A stretch of DNA of 63,816 bases, the filler included, from Bigelowiella natans CCMP2755 (lineage: Eukaryota > Protista > Cercozoa), in NCBI GenBank assembly GCA_000320545.1. It is 6 parts of 6 records of this genome, joined end to end, with 100 filler letters (N's around TTAATTAATTAA, not from the genome) between each part and the next. Parts side by side here need not be neighbours in the genome. Positions count along the whole stretch, not along the records: positions 37,073 to 56,967 come from ADNK01000463.1; 5 more parts are not named here. One strand, 5' to 3'. Shown here one piece after another: positions 40,820 through 52,140 of this stretch. Under the pieces are notes generated by a model that was not told where the DNA came from, ran no database searches, and worked only from the letters and a program-made list of their open reading frames with translations. The translations under genes were made by a program, and so were the position numbers. Position 1 is the stretch's first letter; each line of letters opens with the position of its first letter.

Positions 40820-41673
40820 TACTTCCGCTAATAATTACTAGTTCAACTTTTATGGTATATGAAACGAAGCGTGAATAACCTGAAATAGATACCAGTGTAG
40901 ATCCTTGTGGTATCTTCGCAGGTCAATGATTGGGTACATGACAATTTGTCCAGGGGCTAGAGGGGGGGGAGGGAGAACAGCTGAGTAGCTGACATAATCT
41001 CTTCTGATAATTTTTTGTGTAATAATCCTACCATGGCAGGTGACCTCTCCACCCCTTTCAGTTCTGTATAGTTTTATCCTATTCGGTCATTGCCCGATGA
41101 ATAAATAGAAACAAGGGTTGAGGCCAGCGTTAGTTTTTTTTTTAAAGGATGATAGATGTGGGACTTACTCTGAGTTCTCTGGATCAAATTTGACATGCTC
41201 AGTAGAAGATCCCCTGCCCAACGTATACACCTGCATTGGAGCCCCTTTTTATCTTAGATCGCCCTGAATTTGCTGGCTAGCATTGGCATAGAACCTGTGG
41301 GTGCTGCAGGACAAGTAACATGTCTTCATCGGCTTCTTTCTTTACCCTCTGCCGTATTATCTCCTTTTGCCAATCCCAAGCTACACCATAGTCGATGGGT
41401 TCCTGGGAGTTGGTGGCACAAATAAAGTTCCATTTCGTGTTGAACAGTACTGGTATACCCTACTTTGTAATCGGCGACGTAGACGGTGGGGCGGGGCCGT
41501 TTGAACAGCTCAAGATGCTTTCTCTGCTCTCCGATGGGGAAGAGTTTCCTCTTTCCAACACGCTCTGCAACACTCCCACTAGTCCTGTAGTAACAACCTG
41601 GGACAGCAGCAGACAGAAGGGGGCGGGCTGTCTGTGTGAGCAAGCTTGTAGTGATTCTCCGAGGCCTCATCAT
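40182..41673 (-). CDS. lipB: Lipoyl(octanoyl) transferase LipB/LIP2, probably mitochondrial
   Basis: Exons give [16 protein letters not shown]|[34 protein letters not shown]...[13 protein letters not shown]...FDRITPCG. Arg/Thr-rich N-terminus [12 protein letters not shown] resembles a transit peptide. Confidence 0.92.
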
Positions 41674-41905
41674 CACCACGTGCAGGACGGTCCCAAAAAT
41701 GATGATGAAAATACCTTAAAAAATAGGTCAAAAGTCCTTGTCGCAGGTCATAAATCACAGGCATTTTATCCAATATTTCACCATAAATTTCGGTAATAAT
41801 CGAGTGTTTGAACAAGATCGACCCGGCCCCGTCTGGCTGGATTTCGATGACGTTTCCATTGGGGAGCAAAGAATCTCTCCCCTCGCCTTCGTAGCACTCC
41901 AGGCT

Positions 41906-44348
41906 ATGCAAGACCCATCCGACCCGCTGACACCCCCCGATGAAGGTGCTGGTTCTGGCGATGCGGAATCAACGAGTGGTCATGGTGGAGGGAGAACGTT
42001 AGCGTTTCAAGGAGTAGCTCTTGTACTTGTGGGCCTCCAGGTGGCTATCTTTAGCTCTTCGTTCAACGCTCCGCAGACGTTTGAAGACGGAAAATTCACT
42101 CCCCTCACCGCTAGCAACATGCAAAGGTCGGACCCGTCGTCGTTTGGGACGAAGTTCAGACCACATTCCCCGTTGACGATAAACGCCACTTCAAACTTAA
42201 CTAACAGAAAGCTCATCGATGATGAGCAGGGAAGTGCCAATGATAGGCCTATCACTGATCAACAAAGTACTAAAAATGCTGGCCAAAAGAAGAAGAAGCC
42301 AATTTCAAAGGAGGAGCCCCCCCCCCCCCTGGATGTATCGCAACCAACTTCTCGTGGTGGTGATAATGGTGCTTCTGCAGCGGGTGTTGAAGAAGACTCC
42401 ATCGATAATGACGGGGATACTATTACAAAGGAAAGAACTAAGCAACGACAGCTGTTTTGCTACGCAGTAGTTATGAGTCCTCCAGAACCGACTCTCGACC
42501 TGGTAGGAGTAGATTTAGTTGTAGTGGTAGTATTTGTAGCTATAAGGATTGATGGACGAATTGGTGCAGCCGATGGACGGTTAAGAGTGGCACGCAGATG
42601 CTTGGTTGCTCTTGCTCATTCCTTCTTTCATTCTTAGGTGGTGGAATCCATGCAGAAATGCGACGGATATATGCTTTTCAGCAACTTTTCGGATCCGCGG
42701 AGTAATATCTTGGACCTGATCAAAGACAATATGAAGGTTTCATCACCAATAAGCTCATGCTTCTTCTTCTTCTTCTTCTTCTTCTTCTTCTTCTTCTTCT
42801 TCTTCTTCTTCTTCTTCTTCTTCTTCTTCTTCTTCTTCTTCTTCTTCTTCTTCTTCTTCTTCTTCTTCTTCTTCTTCTTCTTCTTCTTCTTCTTCTTCTT
42901 CTTCTTCTTCTTCTTCTTCTTCTCCTCCTCCTCCTCCTCCTCCCCCTCCTCCTCCTCCTCTCCATCTTCCTCGCTTCCTAGTATTCTTTTGGCGGCTGGC
43001 GCTAAGTACCATCTGCTGCTACTGCCAGGTCCCCTATGGAGGCGAGTGGAGGAGTGCTCTGAATACACCACACTTTTGGAAAGGTTGGAGTAGTGAAGGG
43101 GGGGGGGTTAGAAGATCGGCCAAATTGATGATATCCTTCATCTTTCGGATCATTTTCGATTCAACGTTCTCTGTTTTCAGCTGTCTCCATTCTTCTGAAT
43201 AAGTTGTTGTCCTTAAATCTCAATGATCAGTTTGGCAGTATATGGCAAAGAGTCCAACCATAGCTGAGTAAGGAGACGAACAAACGAAAAAATAAAAAAT
43301 ACAGTTTATTTCTGAGTGAAATCCTGCCTCTTTGTCGGCGCCCAATAAATCGTGTTCTGTGATAATGATGCTACGGCGCTGCCGCAGCTGTTGTCTGATG
43401 ACTTCATAGGGTATCCTAATGAATTTCGTCAAGACTTCGCTCATTTTCGCGTTAATCAAAAGGTATGAGTGGTTCGTGAAGATAGATATGGACACACTTC
43501 TACTTCCGGAAAACCTCAAGGCTTTACTTAAAAATGAGGTCAGCTAAACAGGGAGAGAAGGAGAGAGGGGGGGGATTTCTGGTTTTCATCATGATTATCT
43601 GGAAAAGAATGGGTAATGTAAATAAACAGAATGAAAGAACCTGGCCGATATTGTCTGCTTAACTGTGATCGTTGTTCTCCTTCTTTCCCTCTACGCCGCG
43701 TTATAGGGAGAAGACTATAAGCAAGTCGTAATGTGGGGAGATCCAATTCCAGGTCCTTGCGAGGTCTTCTCACAGGTGATATGACTGAGGAAGAATGTTT
43801 GCTCCTGGGAAGATGGCGTGTGGCAATTTGAGGAGAATACTGCGAAAACCTACCACTACTACTACTACTACTACTACTATTACTACAACTATTAGCTCTT
43901 CAACCTCGACATGCCCCTTCTTCTTCTTCTTCTTCTTCTTCTTGCATTTTTCCTTGTACGTGTCGTTAGAAACAACAGTCATCATTGTATTTTGTATATT
44001 GCTGGTTACTCGCCGAAATGTTGTGTTGTGTATCTATTTCATCGGTCGTTCTTTTACGTATGCTCTATCTTTGTAATCACTGTCATCAAAATCAACGAAA
44101 AGGGGGCTCTGAAGGCATTTGGGGCACGGCATAAAGACGAGTGCGACGGCGGCAGCCTCGACATGCGCAAAGAATGGCCGCAGGAGGACATGTTAGGATG
44201 CTGCTGCAGCTGCTGCTATGATAATGATGATGATGATGATGATGATTATTATGATGATTATTATGATGATAGTGATGAAAGAAATGATGGCGAAGAAGTA
44301 CGTTCGGTCCACAGTATTGCATACATGTGTAAAAATGATATATCAAAG

Positions 44349-44385
<37 letters not shown>

Positions 44386-45334
44386 GAGTGTGTGTGTGTG
44401 TGTAAAGATTCGTTATTGTATGTACGGAACGTGTAAGTATATCTTTCATGATCATCAATGAATCCATCAACCTAACCACACAACCTTGCTGCAAAAACAA
44501 ATCTATTAGGTACATCTACAAATGTCTCCAGGCACTCGGCTCCCGAAATGTCGAGCCAAGAGGGTAGGAGCCCGTCAACAAGCACAGAAATCACGCCTTA
44601 ATTATCCTACTCCTCCCATTTTGTATGATGGTGATGGCATGCTTGTTGATAGATGGATGGGCCAGGTGCTGAAAACTACTTCTGCTTCTTTTCACATTGC
44701 ACACAAACGATTACAGGGATTGGAGGTTTGACGGACATCTGACCTCCAATGCGAAGACTTTGGAGCAGCTAAAAGCCGGCAACAAATTGGTAAAGAGAAT
44801 AGTGCATCTGTTCCCCCTTTGAGCTGTCGGCGACATATCGCCGATGAGAATTGGTAAGAAGCTGAGTTCTTTTCTACCAGGTGTGCTATTCTGAACCTGG
44901 AGCACCAGACAGCAGGTTTGAAATACAGAATTCACTGTCTCAGAGATCGAGTGTTGCCGCAAAATGAGCTCGTTGATTGTGTATGTTTTCATTTTATTTT
45001 CATAGTTGTATTAGTCGTGAAGATGCTTTGAATTGGGTAACGCAGCACCTCATCCTATCTAGCTATGGATCATATTTGGACGTGTGTATGTGTGCGTATG
45101 TGTCAATAATAAAAACATTAACATTTTCAGTTTTTCGCTTCGAACGGAGGTCTGCCTTATTTTTTTTTTTTTAAAGCTGAATGATGATCAAACTCTGCCC
45201 TATCTTAAATTAGACATGTATGTAGCAATGAACTTGCTTTACAAATTAAGGTCGCTTTCCACCCACTGAAGAACCCGAAGCACATGGAAATTGTGAGCAA
45301 ATGGATCACTCGCCCACCACCGCCAACAGTTTAA
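41906..45334 (+). CDS. Type II membrane glycosyltransferase, GT31 (C1GALT1/fringe)-like
   Basis: ATG 41906; TM LAFQGVALVLVGLQVAIF; low-complexity stem; then LFCYAVV...|KCDGYMLFS, ALNTPHFWK, YEWFVKIDMDTLLLPENL (DxD), GPCEVFSQ|GALKAF, ED and terminal VAFHPLK...*. Confidence 0.7.
42760..42923 (+). repeat. Long pure (CTT/GAA)n microsatellite, ~55 units, intronic
   Basis: Direct reading; followed by (CCT)n; lies in the intron starting at 42737. Confidence 0.97.
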
Positions 45335-46514
45335 AGATATAATTTAATGCGTTTTACTAGTTTAATTAACGAATGATAGTATGCGTTGTACAAAATTAGA
45401 AATGCATCCAGCATGCGAGTGAGCATGTCTTTTTTATGTTGTGTAATCTGGCATAGATAGCGTAGAAAAGAATGATTAGCGGTTGACATCGACCTACACA
45501 TATGTTGATATATATTGATATATATATAATATGAGACGGATGTAATGAATACATTAAATTTCCAATGGTCATATAATATAACATGTATAGGCGTAGACTG
45601 CATATGCATATGATACACAATAGTGCATATCGTACGTGCGTCGACGTCTTCGATGCGCATGGCCACTTCTAAGCTGCGTTGTGCACATCTACGCGCTGGT
45701 CATGTAACTAGTCTTGTTAGAAATGCATTGCAAGTATAACGATGGCTGCAAATGTAGATAAACTATTGAAACAAATGAAATCATGATCATTTCATTACAT
45801 TCGTTCCATATATAGACAATCTAGCCATGTGCGTCAATGTAGGCCATCTTCAATCGAATGCACGTACTAGCGTAGACCATCGTATCACAACTCGAATGCA
45901 TGCTTGCACTCATATACCATCTAGCTAGCTACATCATGGGAATAGCTAGGTAGCTCTGAAGCTACGTGCGTTCTAGTGTGAACTACTAGACTAGGCTAGT
46001 CGACACGCGATGATGACAGCAGTTTTTGTGAGTAATTTGCCGGCTAGTTCTATATAGTAAGCATCGATGTACACATGACTTTATAACTTTTCTCACAATT
46101 TTGTCTTACGATACGCTTTGTCTTCACCTTACCGTGCTAGCGTGAATGCGTGCATGTATCTAGTGTATGCTCCTTCCACGCGCACATATGTGCTACCATG
46201 CTAGCATGTATGCACAAATAGCGCTGTAGCCGCTGCCTTGAATAGCTACATTAGGATGACAATTAAAAAGAATTTATCAACTCATTACATCAGTCTCATA
46301 TCATATAATATGATATTCGCTAAATATGATGTATGTAATGCCTCTTTTTTGCGCAGGGCCAGCACGTCTTGAGGTCATATATAATATGTATATGCGAGTA
46401 CAATCGATGCTATTCAATGCAGAACTTCTCAAATCAACACAGTTTTTATATAATTGAACATCTAGGGATTGCATGACGTAGATTTATTTGAGCTTATTAT
46501 CCTCAAATCTATGC

Positions 46515-47691
46515 TTAGAAGATTATCGTGTCAAGCATCGCCCCTAAACTCTGCGAGATGTTGTCTGCCATGAGAATCTCCACGTCGTTTTCTAAGTGCT
46601 TCTTTGGGTCTATCTTTCCAACGTTCTGCACAATGAGCTCTTCCTCCGTTTTAGTGCCTTCTTCCTCCAATCTCTGAGAATACTTCTTCGCGAGATCGTG
46701 CAGCTGCTCGAGCATTTTTGCGTTTTTCTTGGAGTGCTCCTCTGCATCCTTTACCATTAGACCCTGTGCCCAGGTTCGCTTATGCAGATTTAGCAGCATC
46801 TTTTGCTCAAGTTCATTCTTCCTGTAACTGATGTTAATCGAGTAGTAGTGACGGTTCAGATTATGGATAAGCGCCTGGATTGACGGCTTTCGCAAGTGGC
46901 CTAGGTTGGAAGTTGTTTGCCGCGGCGCTTGGCCGAGCATCATGAGCTGCGGGTTGATGAGCCTGAACGCGTCTATTACCACCTTTCCCTTCACACTCTG
47001 GATGGGATCTACCACCACCGAAACTGCACGCTTGTTGAGCGCCTCGAAACTTTGCTGAGTGTTGATATCGACTCCCGACAGCCAGCACCCAAAGCCTGGA
47101 TGGGAGTGGTACCAGCCAACGACCATCTCGGGCCTGGCAGTTTGCTTGAGCATGTCAAGCATCTTTGTCTGAAAAACGGGGTCTAAGAAAAAGTGGGAGT
47201 GCACATCAGATAAATAGCCGTCTTTCGTTTTTGGGCATTACGAGTGAAAGAAAGGATCAAGATGGAGATGAGAATAATGGAAAGGAAAATGATAGGCCAG
47301 GGTACGAGAAGTTATTTTTCATTTATGAATCCAACAATAAGTTACACTTGTTGAACAAATCCAAAAGTGAGAGATTTTTTTGGGTTCCATGATAGCGTGA
47401 AATGAAGTAATTAATACCTACGGCCTCGACGCTAACCCCAGTCCCGCTTTGAGGCATCGCGAAAACATCTACGACGTGAACGGTATAGTCGTCGATGAAC
47501 TGGCCAAGCATCAAACCCATGACCTCCATAGGTACACCAGCACGACCGTGCTTCAGCATCTTGAGGAGTGCCAAGGAAGAGATGTATGTAACTTCTGCGG
47601 TATCAGGGACTTTGCTATCCATGGCACCAGGGACACCCATTCCGGGGCCTCCCATGCCACCTTGGCCTAACAGAGAGCTGAAGGGATCCAT
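46515..47691 (-). CDS. RPN11: 26S proteasome lid deubiquitinase RPN11/PSMD14
   Basis: Two exons (47691-47418, 47182-46515). [27 protein letters not shown] and JAMM motif [16 protein letters not shown]. Confidence 0.99.
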
Positions 47692-48728
47692 TGTGTTGAA
47701 GAGTTTTGCCTTGTGGTCTTTCCTTGGGGAGGGGCAGACTACAGGACCAGAGAGTAAACTTAAGACACAATATTTATCGATAATTTCCGATTTAACGGTA
47801 TATTGTGAGACTAGATTATATGGAAGACATCACGGAAATATTGTCTTACGTCGAAATAGAACCTCATTACCGACAATGTTTTCAAAGTGCACTATCAAAT
47901 ACGTCTTCAGCATAAGATTAAAATGCGGTAGTGTATGTTGAAAGTCCTCTCCCGAATAAAAATGCCTAATTACAACATATTTTGATGTCGTATCATAAAA
48001 TCAAAGCATATCATATGCATATTAAAGTATTTCTTCATTCAATATGATCTGATTTCTTGGATTTGCGTAAATTGGATGGAAGGATAATGGACTTGAGACA
48101 GCCCAGTCATGCAAGACCTCACATGAAATGGATAGCAATTTTGGAAATCAAATGCACTCAACGCTTGCAGAAATCTGTTGCATTTCCCGCCGGTATTTTG
48201 TGTATTTCTATGGATTTCCGATATTTAACTTTTCTTCGAAATTTCCTGGTCGAGGTAACACCATTTGGGATGACAGCCTCGAATCACGTATTTTTATCGG
48301 GAGGTTGTGTGGATGGAAAGCGAAGATGAGGTATGAAACCAGCGATCTGATTGTCGCGCTCGGTGAAATATTAAAGATTCTAATTTCTGGATGCTGGCTC
48401 TGATCTCATTCGGTTCCCGGACGCAGGAGAAGGGTCCGGACATAGTCTAGACTGAAAATGCCGTGCATAAATATGCTGATATGGCTTCTGTTCCCATTAT
48501 TCCCATCAAACATAGGTCGTTTTCCATTCTTTTAATTTGCGACGCAGGGACTCAAAAATATTATTCTTTCCAGTGAGTGTTCCTATGAGCTCGTATTTCC
48601 CTTCAGTATTTGTTAAATCTAGTAAAAATCCCTTATTTTGTATGTCGCAAACAGAAGATCAAAAAGAGTTTTTAGCTATCGACTCTTAGCTGCAACCCCT
48701 CAATCTGAAATTATTATTATATGCTCAT

Positions 48729-49820
48729 ATGTCGAAAGAAGCAACAATATTAATTCCCCCCCCAGTCGATTATGTTCGTCGTGACCACCAACAGGGCGCT
48801 TTAACAGACGCGCTTGTAACGCTGCCCCTCTCCCCTAGGGAGAGGGGCCAGCGCTCCCCCTTTTTTTCATGGCAGTCGGTGACCATGGATGTTGAAGAGA
48901 TGACGGCGTTGGAGGACGTTCTCCAACCCGTAGCAAATACAAAGCATGCTGATCATATGGCCTTCTACGATGATTTTTTCATCGAAGAGAGATCAGCGAA
49001 AAGATTCAAGGCCGAATCAACTTTCCCGGAACCTCCGGTGAAGTGCGACCTGGCATCTCAGTTTGTGCCAACCCCAACCCAGATGTTTGAGGATGAGGAG
49101 ATTCCTCTGGGTCCTTTTGATCTGAATTGCGATGGCTTTATTGCCAATGATCAAGAGGACGAAGTTCCATCTGTTGAAAGACAGAAAAGTGAAGATTATA
49201 AAAGTTTCCTAAACGTTCCGATCCAATCCGAGACCATTAAGGCGGAGAAGGACGCAGCAACGGCAGTTGCCGAAGTTATAGTCGCGGAAGAAAAAGCTAG
49301 AAGTATTATTCAAGTCACAGTCAAGTCAGAGGGACCAATAAACACTCCAAAGGTTCCTCAAGATTTTCTAACGCTTTCACAGGGTATGGATGCCAATGAA
49401 ATCCCATCACTACCCTCGCCGACTCTGTATTCGAAAGCGATCTCTGCTGTAAGCTATCCGTTCATGGTAAAACTCCAGGAGTTAATGTCCACTGGCGTGG
49501 ATAAACGTAAAGCATACACATCATGTTTGAGATGTAAGATTGCTAAGCGAAAATGTGATCTTCGTTTCAAAAAAGCTGGTGAAAAGTGTACTGTATGCGA
49601 GAAAGCGAAGGGCAACGCTCTTTGTACACCACAAACAAGACCGCTAACGAAGAAGGAACGTAAATGTCTTTTTCCAATAAAAAAGAGCGCGCCCAAAAGG
49701 AAGAGACTAGCTGACTCTTTAAATAAGAATGCTGGAAAGCAATGTTCGCGGGATCCATTTTGTACTCGTCCCCTAAAGCACCCCGGGCATTGTAAGCGCT
49801 TGACGAATAACATGTGGTAG
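48729..49820 (+). CDS. Intronless Zn(II)2Cys6-like transcription factor with an extra C-terminal Cys/His motif
   Basis: 363-aa ORF; CLRCKIAKRKCD...CTVC...LC fits C-x2-C-x6-C-xn-C-x2-C-xn-C; acidic N-terminal region; tail CSRDPFCTRPLKHPGHCK. The true start may be the internal MDVEEM. Confidence 0.72.
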   Translation: MSKEATILIPPPVDYVRRDHQQGALTDALVTLPLSPRERGQRSPFFSWQSVTMDVEEMTALEDVLQPVANTKHADHMAFYDDFFIEERSAKRFKAESTFPEPPVKCDLASQFVPTPTQMFEDEEIPLGPFDLNCDGFIANDQEDEVPSVERQKSEDYKSFLNVPIQSETIKAEKDAATAVAEVIVAEEKARSIIQVTVKSEGPINTPKVPQDFLTLSQGMDANEIPSLPSPTLYSKAISAVSYPFMVKLQELMSTGVDKRKAYTSCLRCKIAKRKCDLRFKKAGEKCTVCEKAKGNALCTPQTRPLTKKERKCLFPIKKSAPKRKRLADSLNKNAGKQCSRDPFCTRPLKHPGHCKRLTNNMW

Positions 49821-50704
49821 ACGAAATTTAACCAGATATGTTCATCAAATGATTGAAGGAAGCTTGACCAAGATAATTTCAAAGTCTTCATAATACTTAA
49901 AGTAGAAAAGGAATCTTTAATTAAAAAGAAGCTATCAATTGAGTAATGAATTGATGGCTGAAATTGATGATAAATCGTCTCGATGAGATTAGAATGAAAA
50001 GTAGTTGATGCTGGCTTGTTCCTTTAAGTGCTTGATGATCCAAGCACGCAAGTTCGTACAAATACTAAAATTTCGTAATTTGACGGATTGTGTCATTATG
50101 CACATGCTTCTAACATGTTTAGATATTTAGAAATCTGCGTCCTTCCGCAATGAATGGATTTACATAGCTTGCTAGCTTGTACGCATCGATGTCAATCAAC
50201 AACAAATACATCTCTAGACTATAAGACATCGGTCTCGATCAAGAGCCCCGCGCGCCGACACGTCTAGCTAGCTAGCTAGTTAGCTAGACATCTCTAGATC
50301 TGTAGACACATCGCTAGATCGCGCGTGACAGCGTACAATGCTAGAATGTGTCGTTGCGTAATCTACATAGCACTAGAGTAGCTACATATATTTACTAGCA
50401 ATGAAGAATGCACCGCGCGCAATATGAGCGCACACTGACCGGCCATGCTAGCTAGCTAGATGCATGAATGACGCACGTCAGCACGCTTATTACATTTATT
50501 TAGACCCATGCCGCAATTGTTTTCATTCTGCTATATAGCCTGCGGCTGCTACTCATTGCGTGCCATGCTATCACCATCTCGACCCAATAGCTACATAGGT
50601 ACTAAAAATGGTTTCTATTTTTCATAAATTGCTAAGTTTTTTGCAGATTTAAGTTGGATACCTAAACTTTTCGCCTATACTCTGTACTACTAGTTTGTCT
50701 TTGA

Positions 50705-52083
50705 TTAGAATCCAGAAAAGGACCCATTTCCTCTGCAAGTGATCTGGTCTTTTAATCGTCTAATTTCGCGGCTCATATCATCCATTTTCTTTTTCATCCT
50801 GTAACACATTATTCATTAATATTTATATCATCAATAGTGAGTTAATCATCCCACCTAGCTTGTTCTTCCGAGAATTTTGCTTTCATCTTTGTATGTTTAT
50901 CACTAAAAAGTCTGTTTTGGAGGTACTCGACAATATCTGAAGCTCTTGGACGCTAAAAAGGATGTATTTGAAAGCCTATTAGAATAGAAGTGCAATCCAT
51001 TTTCTAAATTCGAGTTTATTTGAACAACCTCAGCGGCATTTGGGGATACCATCTTCCTAATGAGATTATGGAATTCGCTGCTCTTCCCTAAATTACACAC
51101 AGCTGTTTGAATATTATCATATTTGGCCACTTTTGAATAAAATACCTGGTAAAACTGCGACATGTCCCGAGCGTAGTTGGTTATATCTCACTTTATCGGA
51201 AATCAAGGGTTTCCCTGATATTTTTGCTGCATTACTCTCAACAGAACACTAATTTGATAAATTTCGATACCTTGAGCTAATTCGTATAAAGTGATTCCCA
51301 GGGAAAATATGTCAACCTGGTTAGGAAAATGAAATTAAATACATCCAGAATGGAATGAAGAAGTTTATACCTTATCTAACTTCATAGTTGCCTCTGAAAG
51401 TGCCTAACAATACCATCCTTAAGCTCATCATACTCGAAAGATGAAGGAAGATCACTCACTTCCGGAGGCAAATAATGCCTGTCTCCTTCACAGGGTAGAG
51501 GTTGGCCTTTGGAATGGAGTCTCATTAGTATAAAATGTTCTTGTTAAATTTTTGCAAATACCATCAATGGGAAGAATTTGAGTTGCGAGGCCGAAATCGC
51601 AAATTTTGTATTCTTCCTCATGATTTTCCAAAATATTATCCGGTTTGATGTCCAAATGAGCAATTTTGGCCTATACATTCAAAACCCCCAAATTTAAAAT
51701 TCAAAACCATCGATAGCTGTATCTAATAGTAAAAGCACACCGTATCGTGCAAGAAAACTAAAGCTTTTGAGATTTGTAGTAAAATCTTGAGCAGTTTTGC
51801 TTCATTGAAAGCCATCCCTTTTTTAATCTGCTCAAAATTACTCAGCATTAGTTTTTATCTTTCAAAGATTCAACCACCTATTACCTTACTGTTTAGACTT
51901 CCTCGCCTACAATACTCGAATTGTATGAAAACCCTAATTTGTTAGTTACTGATGAGCAACCCAAGAAATACATGTAATCATTTTTACCTATCGTCTTCCA
52001 ACCAAGAATTGTAATATCGAACAATGGAATTTGGCAATTCTCCATACGCGTTTAATGCAGACATAGCGAAAACCTGACACGCA

Positions 52084-52140
<57 letters not shown>

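Noticed and set aside
42634-43093. Poly-K/F/E/R/L ORFs, and the many HTHT, YIYI, SLSL and DDDD ORFs across the window
   Set aside because: Translations of intronic microsatellites that happen to lack stop codons.
1-45334. Glycan-metabolism gene cluster (GT37, GH3, GT31)
   Set aside because: The genes lie on different contigs and are interspersed with unrelated housekeeping genes.
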